A stretch of 64,000 nucleotides of DNA. Origin: Minisyncoccia bacterium. Its GTDB lineage: Bacteria > Patescibacteriota > Minisyncoccia > Phycocordibacterales > UBA918. The notes below the pieces were generated by a model. The model did not search any database, was not told the DNA's origin, and was given only the letters and a program-made list of their open reading frames with translations. The DNA lies in the NCBI GenBank assembly GCA_041742075.1, contig JBGSJJ010000010.1, positions 165-64,164 of the forward strand, read 5' to 3'. Shown piece after piece: positions 1 through 9,127 of the stretch. Within the stretch, counting starts at the first letter, position 1. Each line of letters begins with the position of its first letter. The position numbers and the translations under genes were made by a program.

Positions 1-166
1 CCGTCACACATTACTGTGCACGCTGCGGTGCCAAACATTTGGTCTCTTTTTGGTTTGGTTTGGATTATCTCAGTCATTTCTGACCGAGAAGGTAACTATG
101 GCTAGGCTGCTTACCCTATAATCGTTCCAATCCGTCGAGTGCACTATTTATTAGATAGCGTACTCG
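1..166 (-). other. Insertion (probable intron) interrupting 23S just after the conserved ...ACTATAA.CG.TCTAAGGT block (about E. coli position 1930); runs off the window start
   Basis: After CTAAGGT (plus 167-173, read as reverse complement) the universally conserved AGCGAAATTCCTTGTCGGGTAAGTTCCGACC continuation is absent and unrelated sequence follows. Confidence 0.45.
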
Positions 167-374
167 ACCTTAGAACGATTATAGTTATCGCTGACATTTA
201 CCGGGGCTTATATAGTCCAGCAATACAATCCGAAGATCATATCACCCCCCATATTTAACCTTCCGGCATAGGTCAGGCGTCACCCCCTATACATCCTCTT
301 GCGAGTTCGCAGGGAGCTGTGTTTTTGGTAAACAGTCGGCAGGAAATCTTTCGCTGCGGCCCAATACACCACTT

Positions 375-625
375 TAGCCTCAACCCCGTGGGGGATGTGG
401 CCAAAGAGCTTGTTCACGGTGACGATGAGACGAGCTTGAGTTCGTCGTCACCGTAATTGATCATCATGACTCTCGTAGTCCTGTGTCTCTTATCGTAGTA
501 GAAGAGGTCCAGTCTGACGAGCTTGCCGTCAATCCTTACTTCTTCTACACTCGTGACTTCACCAACCATGAGGTCGATCATGTGTATTTTCTCCCACTTT
601 GTTGAGGACAAAGTGGTGTATTGGG
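375..625 (-). other. About 220-250 nt insertion/expansion segment in 23S between the 1650-like and 1770-like conserved blocks. It is closed by a 17-bp inverted repeat (cccaatacaccacttt) and contains a 55-codon ORF (414..581) with a GGGAGA Shine-Dalgarno.
   Basis: The two conserved blocks are about 70 nt apart in E. coli but about 290 nt apart here. The inverted repeat lies at 371-390 and 609-625. The ORF has a GC3-rich codon pattern. Confidence 0.45.
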
Positions 626-1847
626 CAGACCTTATCCCTAAGTTACGGTCGCTTTTTTGCCGAGTTCCTTGAGGACCTCTCACTCGTTCGCCTTAGTCTT
701 CTCGACTCTACCACCTGTGTCGGTTTGCGGTACGGAATCAATACGTTTATGCTTAGAAGTTTTTCTCGGAAGCGTGCTCCCCACATTCGCTTGGCCGAAG
801 CCGCACGTTCAGACTCACCTCGGAGTAATGCTACGCGGATTTGCCTACGTAACCTCCTCAATGCTCCAGCTCCAATCCAATAAGAAGCTGTGGATACAAC
901 GCTCCGTCCCTCCATCGCAACGCATCAATGTGCAGGAATATTAACCTGCTATCCATCGAGTCCCCCTATCGGGATTCCCTTAGGACCGACTAACCCTCCG
1001 CTGATCACCATAGCGGAGGAAACCTCGGTATTTCGGCGGACGGGGGTCTCACCCGTCTTGCGGTTACTTGTGCCGGCATTCTCACTTCTGTACGCTCCAG
1101 GTCGGGTCTCCCCTCCCATTCATCGCAAACAGAACGCTCTCCTACCACTTATATCTTACGATACAAATCCGCAGTTTCGGTAATATGCTTGAGCCCCGAT
1201 CATCTTCGGCGCAAGGACTCTCGATCAGTGAGCTGTTACGCTTTCTTTAAAAGATGGCTGCTTCTAAGCCAACTTCCTGATTGTCAGAGAATCCTCACCT
1301 CCTCATTTTGCACTGAGCATATATTTAGGGACCTTAACTGGCGATCTGGGCTGTTTCCCTTTCGACCAATGGAGCTTCTCCCCCATAGTCTAACTGCCGC
1401 GCTGTGGCCTACTGGTATTCGGAGTTTGATAAGAGTAACGAGATTTCTCCCTGTTTACTCTTTCCAGTGCTCTACCCCCAGAGGGAACACGCGACGCCAA
1501 CCCAAAAGCTGTTTCGGAGAGAACCAGCTATTACGGAATTCGATAAGCTTTTCACTCCTTACCACAAGTCATCCGATAGTTTTGTACGGCTAACCGGTTC
1601 GGGCCTCCACGAAGTATTACCTTCGCTTCACCCTGCTCATGGCAAGCTCATCCCGCTTCGGGTCGTACCCCTGCCCTATATTCGCGCTATTCACGCTCGC
1701 TTTCACTGTGCCTCCGTGGGGTTACCACTTAGACAAAGGACAAAGGTACACTCGCCGGCTCATTCTTCAATAGGCACGCCGTCGCAGCTTGCGCCGCTCC
1801 GACTCCTTGTAGATGTATGGTTTCAGATCTATTTCACTCCCCTCTCC

Positions 1848-1893
<46 letters not shown>

Positions 1894-2118
1894 TTCAAGA
1901 ATATTTAGCCTTAGGAGTTAGTGCTCCCAGATTCATTCGAGCCATTCATGTCTCGAACTACTCAGGAACGGAATCAGGAGAGTTGTATACATTTCGAATA
2001 CAGGACTATTACCTTCTGGGGTCGAGCTTCCCAACTCGTTTTCCTATATATACATTTTGTAACTCTCTGCAACTAAATGCAGACTCCGCCCTACAACCCC
2101 GTACATGTAAACACGTAC

Positions 2119-2150
<32 letters not shown>

Positions 2151-3189
2151 TTCAGGGAATCGCAAGAACCTTCTTCCTGACTACAATGGCACACGTATTG
2201 CTACGTGTAGTGTAAGTCAGAAAGAAAGTTCCCGATTTTGCTTTCTATTCCTCCAGGTACTGAGATGTTTCACTTCCCTGGGTGAGCTCCGACGTACGTC
2301 GGTTACTACTGATAGTAGTAGAGTTTCCTCATTCGGACATTTCCGGTTATAACGGTTGATTGGCACCTTACCGGAACTTATCGCAGCCATTCCACGTCCT
2401 TCATCGCTTCTTGAAGCCTAGGCATCCACCATACACCCTTACATTCCTGTAAGGAATGTTGTACACCGCTTTCGCAGTAACTTTCATTCACCTACATAAT
2501 GCTGTACACCGCTGTACAATTTTTTGAGTGTTTTGTCATTCGTTCTAAAAAATACGTAATTAGAATCGAACAACGGTTTGTTTTGCTTGTTGTGTGTTGC
2601 GGGACGAAAAGACCCGGTACGAATACCTAAAATCTAAACCGCAACACACTACCTACCTGCGCACTGTCGATGTGCGCAGGATTTTTATGAGTTGCACACC
2701 TGCTCTATCCTAGAGAACAGATGTGCGAGTATGCAATTGTATATTTTTCAATACAACCATTCGTCACGAAACTAAACGCCAAAGCGTCAAGCTAGTTTAG
2801 GAGTCTGTATGCAAAGCATACAGACAATCTTCGCTCGGTTATACGGAAGCGAATACGCTTCCCTTATCATCACTCGAATAAAAAATGAAAGTAAACTTTA
2901 ATTTTTTACTCTTGCTCGATAAGGCACAGGCTTCGCTTGTGCAACCCTCGCTCAAAATGTCTGTCAAATAAACAATTGTTCCGTTGCAAATCTAGTACTT
3001 AAAAACCCGCGAATCGCGGGCGCACGAAGTTAATCCGTATTTCCGCGAAAACTAGGTGATTAAGGTGAAATGCATAAACAAGTGCTCGCTATTCTATAGG
3101 AAGTGAAAAATAAGTCAAGCGTCCTTACTGGATAGAACAGTAACTGATACTGATGGCAGGAAACCCGTAGTAGTTTCTGGCACATTTAA

Positions 3190-3218
3190 TTGACAAATGT
3201 GTTAATATATGCTATTAT
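3190..3218 (+). promoter_or_regulatory. Near-consensus sigma70-type promoter TTGACA-N17-TATTAT
   Basis: ttgaca 3190-3195, 17-nt spacer, tattat 3213-3218. An SD (gggag, 3233-3237) and ATG at 3245 follow. Confidence 0.55.
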
Positions 3219-3244
3219 ATTATAGTCAAACAGGGAGTTCAGAC

Positions 3245-3343
3245 ATGAAAAAGATTCGGTTCCTTCTGGTCGCTGTTGCCGTCACAGCGCTCTTCGCCAT
3301 CCCCTTCGCGATGGACGGCATGCGGGGCGTCATCTTCGGCTGA
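3245..3343 (+). CDS. Small hydrophobic peptide (32 aa: MKKIRFLLVAVAVTALFAIPFAMDGMRGVIFG); self-contained unit with promoter, SD and terminator
   Basis: ATG at 3245 sits 7 nt after GGGAG. GC3-rich codons in an AT-rich region. Not in the ORF track (too short). Its own hairpin terminator lies at 3351-3394. Confidence 0.4.
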   Translation: MKKIRFLLVAVAVTALFAIPFAMDGMRGVIFG

Positions 3344-3350
3344 CGCCTTC

Positions 3351-3394
3351 CGGCGCGGGCACACACTTCAGTGTTGCCCGCGCCGAATTTTTTA
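3351..3394 (+). terminator. Rho-independent terminator: 11-bp stem cggcgcgggca/tgcccgcgccg followed by a T-run
   Basis: Stem 3351-3361 / 3375-3385, then aatttttta. Confidence 0.6.
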
Positions 3395-3396
3395 CT

Positions 3397-3430
3397 TTAT
3401 AAAAAGCGGGGCGGCCAAAGGCCGCCCCGC
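3397..3430 (-). terminator. Terminator of the mscS gene: gcggggcggcc/ggccgccccgc stem with a T-run on the minus strand
   Basis: GC-rich 11-bp stem 3406-3416 / 3420-3430. The plus strand shows ttataaaaa 3397-3405. Confidence 0.7.
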
Positions 3431-3440
3431 TCTTACCCTC

Positions 3441-4352
3441 CTACTCACCACTCACGCGCCTACCAGCCTGTATACCTGTGATTTCACTTCTATGCTCTGC
3501 TTCATGAGCAAGAACTTCGCTATAGATAACCTTTACAATTATGTCTTCTGCCTTAACGGTGTAGTGTTCAAGCGTTACCTCAAGCTGACAGTCAGTATGC
3601 CACTGCTTCATAGTGAGTACCCGTAGAAATATTTTTTCCTTAGAGACAAGCGAGCCACAACTCGTGAGAAGTGCTTCCTTAAGTCTCTCTTCGAGCGAAG
3701 ACAACGGATGCATCGCTTCGTTCGGGAGAGAAAACGGAATAATGAGACAACGACTTTTTGTCTTACTGTAATTAATTACTTCACTGCCAATGAAGCGGGT
3801 GTTTGGAATGAAAAGCAAATTACCATCATCAGTCTTGATGGTGGTCGCCCTGAAAGAAATATTTATGATGGTACCGCGCGCTGTCTCCCCCACCTTCACG
3901 TAGTTTCCAATCCGATAATCCGGCGAAAACATAAGCCGGAAGCTATCCAAATAGTTTGAGATGTGATCTCTAAAGATAAGAACCAGGGCAACTGCTACCA
4001 AGCTAATTGAAGTCAAAAACTCTTGGAATGCTATGTCGAGTATGACAAGTGCACCGATAAATGTCACAAACACCGTCACGAGTTTTTCAAGTGAATCAGT
4101 GCCTAAAATAAAGTTGTCCCGGTCGCTGATAGCAAGCTTATTGCGGGTTCGGTACGAACTCACCATAAATGACCGTATGACACCGAGTATGAGTGCGGCA
4201 GACAGGTAGAGTTGGACTACCTCCCAAAACTCAATTGGTAAGTAGTTACCGAGTAGGTTGAAAGCCATAGCAAAGGTAACAGCTACGAGTATCAGTAACT
4301 GCACAAACAGCTTAAACTTTCGACGCGGACTGATGAGTAAAAAAGAATTCAT
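3441..4352 (-). CDS. mscS: Small-conductance mechanosensitive channel, MscS family
   Basis: N-terminal TM helices. Conserved MscS beta-domain motif GNYVKVGETARGTIINISFRATTIKTDDGNLLFIPNTRF. Confidence 0.85.
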   Translation of the reverse strand: MNSFLLISPRRKFKLFVQLLILVAVTFAMAFNLLGNYLPIEFWEVVQLYLSAALILGVIRSFMVSSYRTRNKLAISDRDNFILGTDSLEKLVTVFVTFIGALVILDIAFQEFLTSISLVAVALVLIFRDHISNYLDSFRLMFSPDYRIGNYVKVGETARGTIINISFRATTIKTDDGNLLFIPNTRFIGSEVINYSKTKSRCLIIPFSLPNEAMHPLSSLEERLKEALLTSCGSLVSKEKIFLRVLTMKQWHTDCQLEVTLEHYTVKAEDIIVKVIYSEVLAHEAEHRSEITGIQAGRRVSGE

Positions 4353-4494
4353 ACAATGAATACCATTGTACTACATCTACTCATGACCTATCGATATGGT
4401 CGGTGACCAGTAATTTACATATACCTGCAGACTTGCTAGTATCAAAACCAATTGCTCACCTGTTCCTTGTAAATAAATCCGAAGGAGGACCGTT

Positions 4495-5712
4495 ATGGAA
4501 GACACTACTGGTTATGTCGTCAGACTGCCCGATGGCAAGTATGTCACTATCCACCACACACCGCAGCATTGGTGGAATGAACCAAGACACGTCGGCTACA
4601 TTGCTCCCGAGTTGCTGGCTCCAGACCTTGACCAGCCGCGACAGGAAATGGTTGAAAGCGAGCTCGAAGAACTTCAGATCGCTATAGCTGCAGCCGGAGT
4701 GCGTGAACCCATCACGGTAACTTTGCGTCAGTGCGCACCGTGGATTCGCGTCGAACCACAGTACGAAAACCGACCGTTCGCAATCGTGAGCGGCCACCGA
4801 CGCCACCTGAGCGCAACGAGAGCTGGCGTCCCGGCGGTACCGGTTAGAGTCGTACTCTACGACAACGAGACGCAACACCGCGACGATGCGGTGTTGCTCA
4901 ATGGGCAACGTCACGACATGTCGCCTATGGATGAAGCCCGGGACATCAAGCGCCGACTGACGCTCGGTGAAAGACCAGAAGCTATTGCGCGCTCATACGG
5001 CAAGAACAACGTTTCGTGGGTGCATAGCCGAAACGCGCTCAACAACCTAGCTCCAGCACTCCAAGCACTGCTCAACCCAACGCTAACTCGAGAGAAGCAG
5101 CTGCCGGTTGTTGTGGCTATCAGGCTCGGCAGCATCAAGAAGCCCTCCCCCGCCAGCATCGCTGAATTCTGCGACGAGTACGACCTCACCCAGCCCAGAG
5201 AGCTCGGTGACACCGAAGAAGAGCTGGCACACACCATGCAACTCCTCATGTACGAAGTGATACAGGGACAGAAGATGACGGCCATCGTCGCGTGCCATTT
5301 CGTCGAGAATACTCGGCGAGCTACCGGGTCTGGAGCTCGTGCGACTCACAAGAGTGAGAAGTACGAGCCTCGCAAGCGTGTGGAGGCACTCCTCAACTAC
5401 CTCAAGTCAATATCCCAAGGACTGCCAACGACGTGGAGCGGCGCTGAGTTTACTCGTATCTGCGCTGGGCAGACGAGACTACAAATGGGTGAACACCTCG
5501 CTCTCGCCCTCGAGGCAGGAAAAAGCCTCGTCGAGATCATCGAGCACCTCGAAACAATCGAACGGAGCAAGCCTCACTTCGACGAGAGAATCACGGCGTT
5601 GCTGACTGCACCGGTTGCACCTGTACAGAAGTTCACACCGCGCGCAAGAACTATGGCTGACATGCCTCCCGAGGAGGTGGCAGCTATCAAGGCTCGCCTC
5701 GGCCTCAGGTAA
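4495..5712 (+). CDS. ParB/Srx-like nuclease N-terminal domain protein (405 aa), GC-rich foreign-looking gene
   Basis: FAIVSGHRRHLSATRAGVPAVPVRVV matches the ParB N-domain GxRR box. SD ggagga sits before the ATG. About 60% GC versus about 40% in the flanks. Confidence 0.75.
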   Translation: MEDTTGYVVRLPDGKYVTIHHTPQHWWNEPRHVGYIAPELLAPDLDQPRQEMVESELEELQIAIAAAGVREPITVTLRQCAPWIRVEPQYENRPFAIVSGHRRHLSATRAGVPAVPVRVVLYDNETQHRDDAVLLNGQRHDMSPMDEARDIKRRLTLGERPEAIARSYGKNNVSWVHSRNALNNLAPALQALLNPTLTREKQLPVVVAIRLGSIKKPSPASIAEFCDEYDLTQPRELGDTEEELAHTMQLLMYEVIQGQKMTAIVACHFVENTRRATGSGARATHKSEKYEPRKRVEALLNYLKSISQGLPTTWSGAEFTRICAGQTRLQMGEHLALALEAGKSLVEIIEHLETIERSKPHFDERITALLTAPVAPVQKFTPRARTMADMPPEEVAAIKARLGLR

Positions 5713-5726
5713 GCGGCACAAAGCAA

Positions 5727-5765
5727 GGCGTGGACGACTCATAGTCGTCCACGCCGCTTTTTATT
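5727..5765 (+). terminator. Rho-independent terminator: ggcgtggacgact/agtcgtccacgcc stem plus gcttttta
   Basis: 13-bp perfect stem 5727-5755 with a T-run 5758-5765. Confidence 0.8.
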
Positions 5766-5776
5766 TATACTTGTTT

Positions 5777-5963
5777 AACGACGAGGTAGTTCGTCTTTAA
5801 CGCCGATTTTATTGAATGAAGAAATGAGCGCCAGCGATTATTCTGAATTTATGTCCTGATTTTTTCTTCCCAGAGAAAATCACTGGACCAAGACAAGTAA
5901 AGCTATATTAATGAATCCAATAGGGTTACCGACGCGGTAGTTCGTCTTTAACCCCGATTTTAT
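5777..5963. repeat. Imperfect direct repeat (34 nt, 2 mismatches; 5779-5812 and 5930-5963) that duplicates the last 11 codons plus stop of the HTH-regulator gene
   Basis: Both copies translate on the minus strand to KIGVKDELPRR-stop. All differences are synonymous third-position changes (GGG/GGC, CCG/CCT, CGG/CGT). Confidence 0.7.
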
Positions 5964-6606
5964 CTGTCAAAATCTGATGTGGGTAGTCAAACACATCACG
6001 CGTGAGTTTGTCGTACATACCAACTCGGTACTTCAAGTCCTCTGACTCCATCGCCGAATAACGGATTTCTACTCCAAGCTCTGACTCAAGGGAACGTATT
6101 GCAGTTTCGACTTTTGATTGTGATAGTTTTTTTGTAGCGAGGAGTAAATCAAGCCGTTGGTCAAAGTCACGTAAGAAAATTCCTGACACCACCACAAAAT
6201 CAACTTTACCGAGCTTGCGTAAATGGTTCATCACGGTCTTCCCATTTATCGGCGCAGTTTCAAACAGGAATGTTTGAAGGGCCTGGAGTTCTGGAAAACT
6301 TTTATCAAGCGCGTAGCCTTGGGCTTTTCGCTTTTTTTCGGTGTCTGGCTCAGTGATGATGATTTGCTTCTTCTTAATCACGCCGGCTCGTTCGAGCGCA
6401 TTCATCTCCGTCCGGGCAGTTCGGCGCACCAACTTTGCCCGACGAGAAATTTCGTCAAAGGTGAAATCTTTTGATGGGTTAAAGAGAAAAAACCGCAGAA
6501 GTTTAACTCGGGCTTGGCTTCCAAACAGGATTGTAAGCGGATCGGCTACCATACAAGAAATAGTGTCTGGATTATAGCATGCAGAGGTTTTCCCCAGTCT
6601 GGACAC
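5926..6606 (-). CDS. Winged-helix (MarR/ArsR-like) transcriptional regulator with an uncharacterised C-terminal domain
   Basis: FTFDEISRRAKLVRRTARTEMNALERAGVIKK is a typical wHTH. The true start may be the internal Met (MVADPL...). Confidence 0.55.
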   Translation of the reverse strand: MSRLGKTSACYNPDTISCMVADPLTILFGSQARVKLLRFFLFNPSKDFTFDEISRRAKLVRRTARTEMNALERAGVIKKKQIIITEPDTEKKRKAQGYALDKSFPELQALQTFLFETAPINGKTVMNHLRKLGKVDFVVVSGIFLRDFDQRLDLLLATKKLSQSKVETAIRSLESELGVEIRYSAMESEDLKYRVGMYDKLTRDVFDYPHQILTDKIGVKDELPRR

Positions 6607-6919
6607 ATTTTAGACGTGTGTTGCAGTCAACACACGATGTTGTATAGTTGGCTAAGATAGACGAAGAAAAGGATGCCCAATGCAAGGCAATACTCTTAAT
6701 CGCACCAAATCGACCGCCGGGAGCGCGAAATTATCGCTCGAACGCTCGCCAACACATCAAAACCGAGAGACATGCAGGACTTGGAATGGCTCAGACACCT
6801 CTGGATTCAGACCTTCTGCAATCTAGATAAGTTTTCGCGACACAGCAAGTCCGCGCAAGAACACAGGCGACAAAGGCGAAAAAGGTTCTTAGGGCTTTGA
6901 AGCACAGCACGCAGAATGA

Positions 6920-6958
6920 AACGAAAAAACCGGGAGCGTTTGCGCCTCCGGTTTTCAC
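6920..6958. terminator. Bidirectional hairpin terminator ccgggagcg-tttg-cgcctccgg flanked by A and T runs
   Basis: The stem is flanked by aaaaaa on one side and ttttcac on the other. Confidence 0.5.
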
Positions 6959-6968
6959 TTGCCAAAAT

Positions 6969-6995
6969 AAAAACCCCTATTCGGGGTTCTTATTT
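6969..6995 (-). terminator. rplL terminator (ccccgaatagggg plus a T-run on the minus strand)
   Basis: The plus strand reads aaaaacccctattcggggttcttatttt. Confidence 0.6.
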
Positions 6996-7169
6996 TGGAC
7001 TAAGAAATTTATTTCAATGTCACCTTAGCTCCTCGCAAGTTACTAAGTGTTCTCAGTAGCTTTGCTACCTGCGAGCACTAAGTACTTGTCGACACGGCTC
7101 GCTGTTCGTTGCTCTAGGAAAAGAGCAACTCACAACGCTCCGCCCCTGGAGCCTTGGTAACCCTTAAAA

Positions 7170-7598
7170 CTATTTAAGGGTTACCTTGGCTCCAGCTTCT
7201 TCGAGCTTTGCCTTGAGAGCTTCAGCGTCTTCCTTCTTCATTCCTTCCTTTACGATAGCTGGAGCACCGTCTACCATGTCCTTCGCTTCTTTAAGGCCGA
7301 GACTAAGTACTTCCTTAACTACCTTGATAACAGCAATCTTCTGAGCGCCACCGTCTGTAAGTTCTACAGCGAATTCTGACTGCTCTTCTGCTGCCTCACC
7401 TGCTGCTGCTGGACCGGCTACTGCTACTGCAGCTGCTGATACACCGAACTTCTTCTCAAATACCTTTACGAGTTCGTGTAGTTCAAGCACACTCATGTTT
7501 TCTACTTCTTCTACAATCTTCTTGAACTTCGCTGGTACTTCTACTGTTTCTTCTGCTACTACTTCTGGAGTAGTTTCTACTGTTGTTTCTTCTGACAT
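7170..7598 (-). CDS. rplL: 50S ribosomal protein L7/L12
   Basis: Ala/Glu-rich linker. C-terminal domain [56 protein letters not shown]. Confidence 0.95.
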   Translation of the reverse strand: MSEETTVETTPEVVAEETVEVPAKFKKIVEEVENMSVLELHELVKVFEKKFGVSAAAVAVAGPAAAGEAAEEQSEFAVELTDGGAQKIAVIKVVKEVLSLGLKEAKDMVDGAPAIVKEGMKKEDAEALKAKLEEAGAKVTLK

Positions 7599-7760
7599 AA
7601 GAATTTATTTAAGCTTCTGAATATATAATTTTCTAAAATTTATAAATTAGCAGATTGCCCGAGATGCGCGAAGCACAAAGAAATTTTTTGCGAGTCGTAT
7701 AAAAATACGGTGAGAAAAAATTTCTGTAGTGCGACAAAGCAGATTGGGTAATATGATAAT

Positions 7761-8303
7761 TTATGCCTTTTTTTCTGCCACCGCGTTGAGTGCAAGTACC
7801 AATCCCTGAATCGGTGAGTTGATTACATTGACGAACATGCCTCGGAGTACTGGAAGAGCTGGAATAGACGCGATTTCGGTCATTTCTGCCTGGTTCTTGT
7901 ATACACCCTGAAACACACCACCAACAATCGCAATATTTTCCTTGTACTTTGCACTAAACTCCTTCACGTTTTGTGCGGGAGCAATTGCGTCAGTACTGTA
8001 GGCTACAGCGATTTCACCATCAAGCGTTGGAATAGTTCCAGTGAACTTTCCATCAAATGCTCGAGCGATAAGTGTCTTCTTTGCTACGAAGTAGCCAACA
8101 CCTTCTGAACGCAACTTAGCGCGCATGCCAGTATTGTCCTTACCTTTCATTCCCTTGAACTTTACAAACACGATTGAGTCAGACTCATTCTTGATTGTTT
8201 CTAGCTTAGCGAGAATATCGGTCTTTTTTGCTTTTGTAATTGCCACAGTAAATTTTTGTTTTCGTGATAAATAACAGGCCCAAAGTTGTGTCAGAACTGA
8301 CAC
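7761..8303 (-). CDS. rplJ: 50S ribosomal protein L10. The N-terminus is uncertain; an alternative GTG start near 8246 gives VAITKAKK...
   Basis: L10-like sequence placed upstream of rplL. The first 19 residues of the annotated ORF are atypical. A 10-bp perfect hairpin (8283-8306) overlaps the annotated ATG. Confidence 0.85.
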   Translation of the reverse strand: MSVLTQLWACYLSRKQKFTVAITKAKKTDILAKLETIKNESDSIVFVKFKGMKGKDNTGMRAKLRSEGVGYFVAKKTLIARAFDGKFTGTIPTLDGEIAVAYSTDAIAPAQNVKEFSAKYKENIAIVGGVFQGVYKNQAEMTEIASIPALPVLRGMFVNVINSPIQGLVLALNAVAEKKA

Positions 8304-8440
8304 AACGTTAGGCTTCGACCTTCCACTATCAATAAGAGATATATGGACCTCGGCGGGTATACCTACGGCTGTAGGTGGATTACGGTAGAGCGACCCTCTA
8401 CCACCAGCTGTCTTGAGCCTGCGTACGCGCTACTATACCA
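8304..8440 (-). promoter_or_regulatory. Putative structured rplJ leader (L10 autoregulatory region)
   Basis: A long untranslated GC-richer segment upstream of rplJ with several stem possibilities. The call is by position only. Confidence 0.25.
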
Positions 8441-8446
8441 GAAATG

Positions 8447-8490
8447 TAAAAAAATCCAACCCCTATCCCGAGGTCGGACCTCGGGATAAA
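8447..8490 (-). terminator. Hairpin atcccgagg-tcgga-cctcgggat with a downstream T-run (minus strand), after the 8494..8979 gene
   Basis: 9-bp perfect stem. The plus strand shows gtaaaaaaatcc. Confidence 0.5.
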
Positions 8491-8493
8491 TTA

Positions 8494-8979
8494 CTAACCT
8501 TCTACCTCCTTTTTTAACTGTTCAGCTTTCCAGCCAACCATATTTGCGAGGAGTTGAATAAAAGTCGCCACACCAGCCACAGCGAGCACCAGCGTCGGGA
8601 AGTGCGCGACAGGTGTGAGTAGATAGAAAAAAGCTATAGTCGAAGCCGACCAAACACCAAAGCACCATGGGCAAGAAAAGAGGTCAGCCAGAGTCCGTCT
8701 CGGACCTGTCTTTGGCTTTACGAGCGAAACCTTCCCTCCTCTGGCAGACACTTCGGCGTCGAGAAATTGTTCACGGATAAACTTTGTCATAGCGTCATAG
8801 ACAAACAGTCGCGTCATACGAAACGAAGCCAGGGTGATTAGTGCGATGTCGTAAATAGTCAGTGTCTCGCGTGTCAGGTACGCTTCAGTATCAAGAATTA
8901 TCATACCCATCACAAACAGCCCGAGGAAAAAAGCTCCAAACACGACATTCCAAAAGTACTGATCAGTGATACGAATCAT
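8494..8979 (-). CDS. Small membrane protein with a CPWCFGVW motif (DUF1360-like)
   Basis: Several TM segments and a conserved-looking CxWC motif. Confidence 0.5.
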   Translation of the reverse strand: MIRITDQYFWNVVFGAFFLGLFVMGMIILDTEAYLTRETLTIYDIALITLASFRMTRLFVYDAMTKFIREQFLDAEVSARGGKVSLVKPKTGPRRTLADLFSCPWCFGVWSASTIAFFYLLTPVAHFPTLVLAVAGVATFIQLLANMVGWKAEQLKKEVEG

Positions 8980-9127
8980 AAAAAATGCTAGGACATGAAC
9001 CTTCCTACCAGGAGAATCAAACCAAGCGTTACCGTAATAATAGCAATAAACCGGAACAATTGGCTATAGAAGTTCTTGTTCAATATTTTCACACTAGTAG
9101 TATACCGTAGATTAGATTAATTTTAAT

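Noticed and set aside
2461-3189. 16S rRNA or tRNA genes upstream of the 23S gene
   Set aside because: No 16S conserved blocks and no tRNA cloverleaf (T-loop GTTCGA/ATCC) found. The region looks like the 23S promoter/leader, with a few hairpins (for example ctgcgcac-tgtcga-gtgcgcag at about 2660 and a cccgcg stem plus T-run near 3005).
6648-6830. Plus-strand 60-aa ORF
   Set aside because: No SD and compositionally non-coding. The region is better explained as a promoter/UTR or a small RNA.
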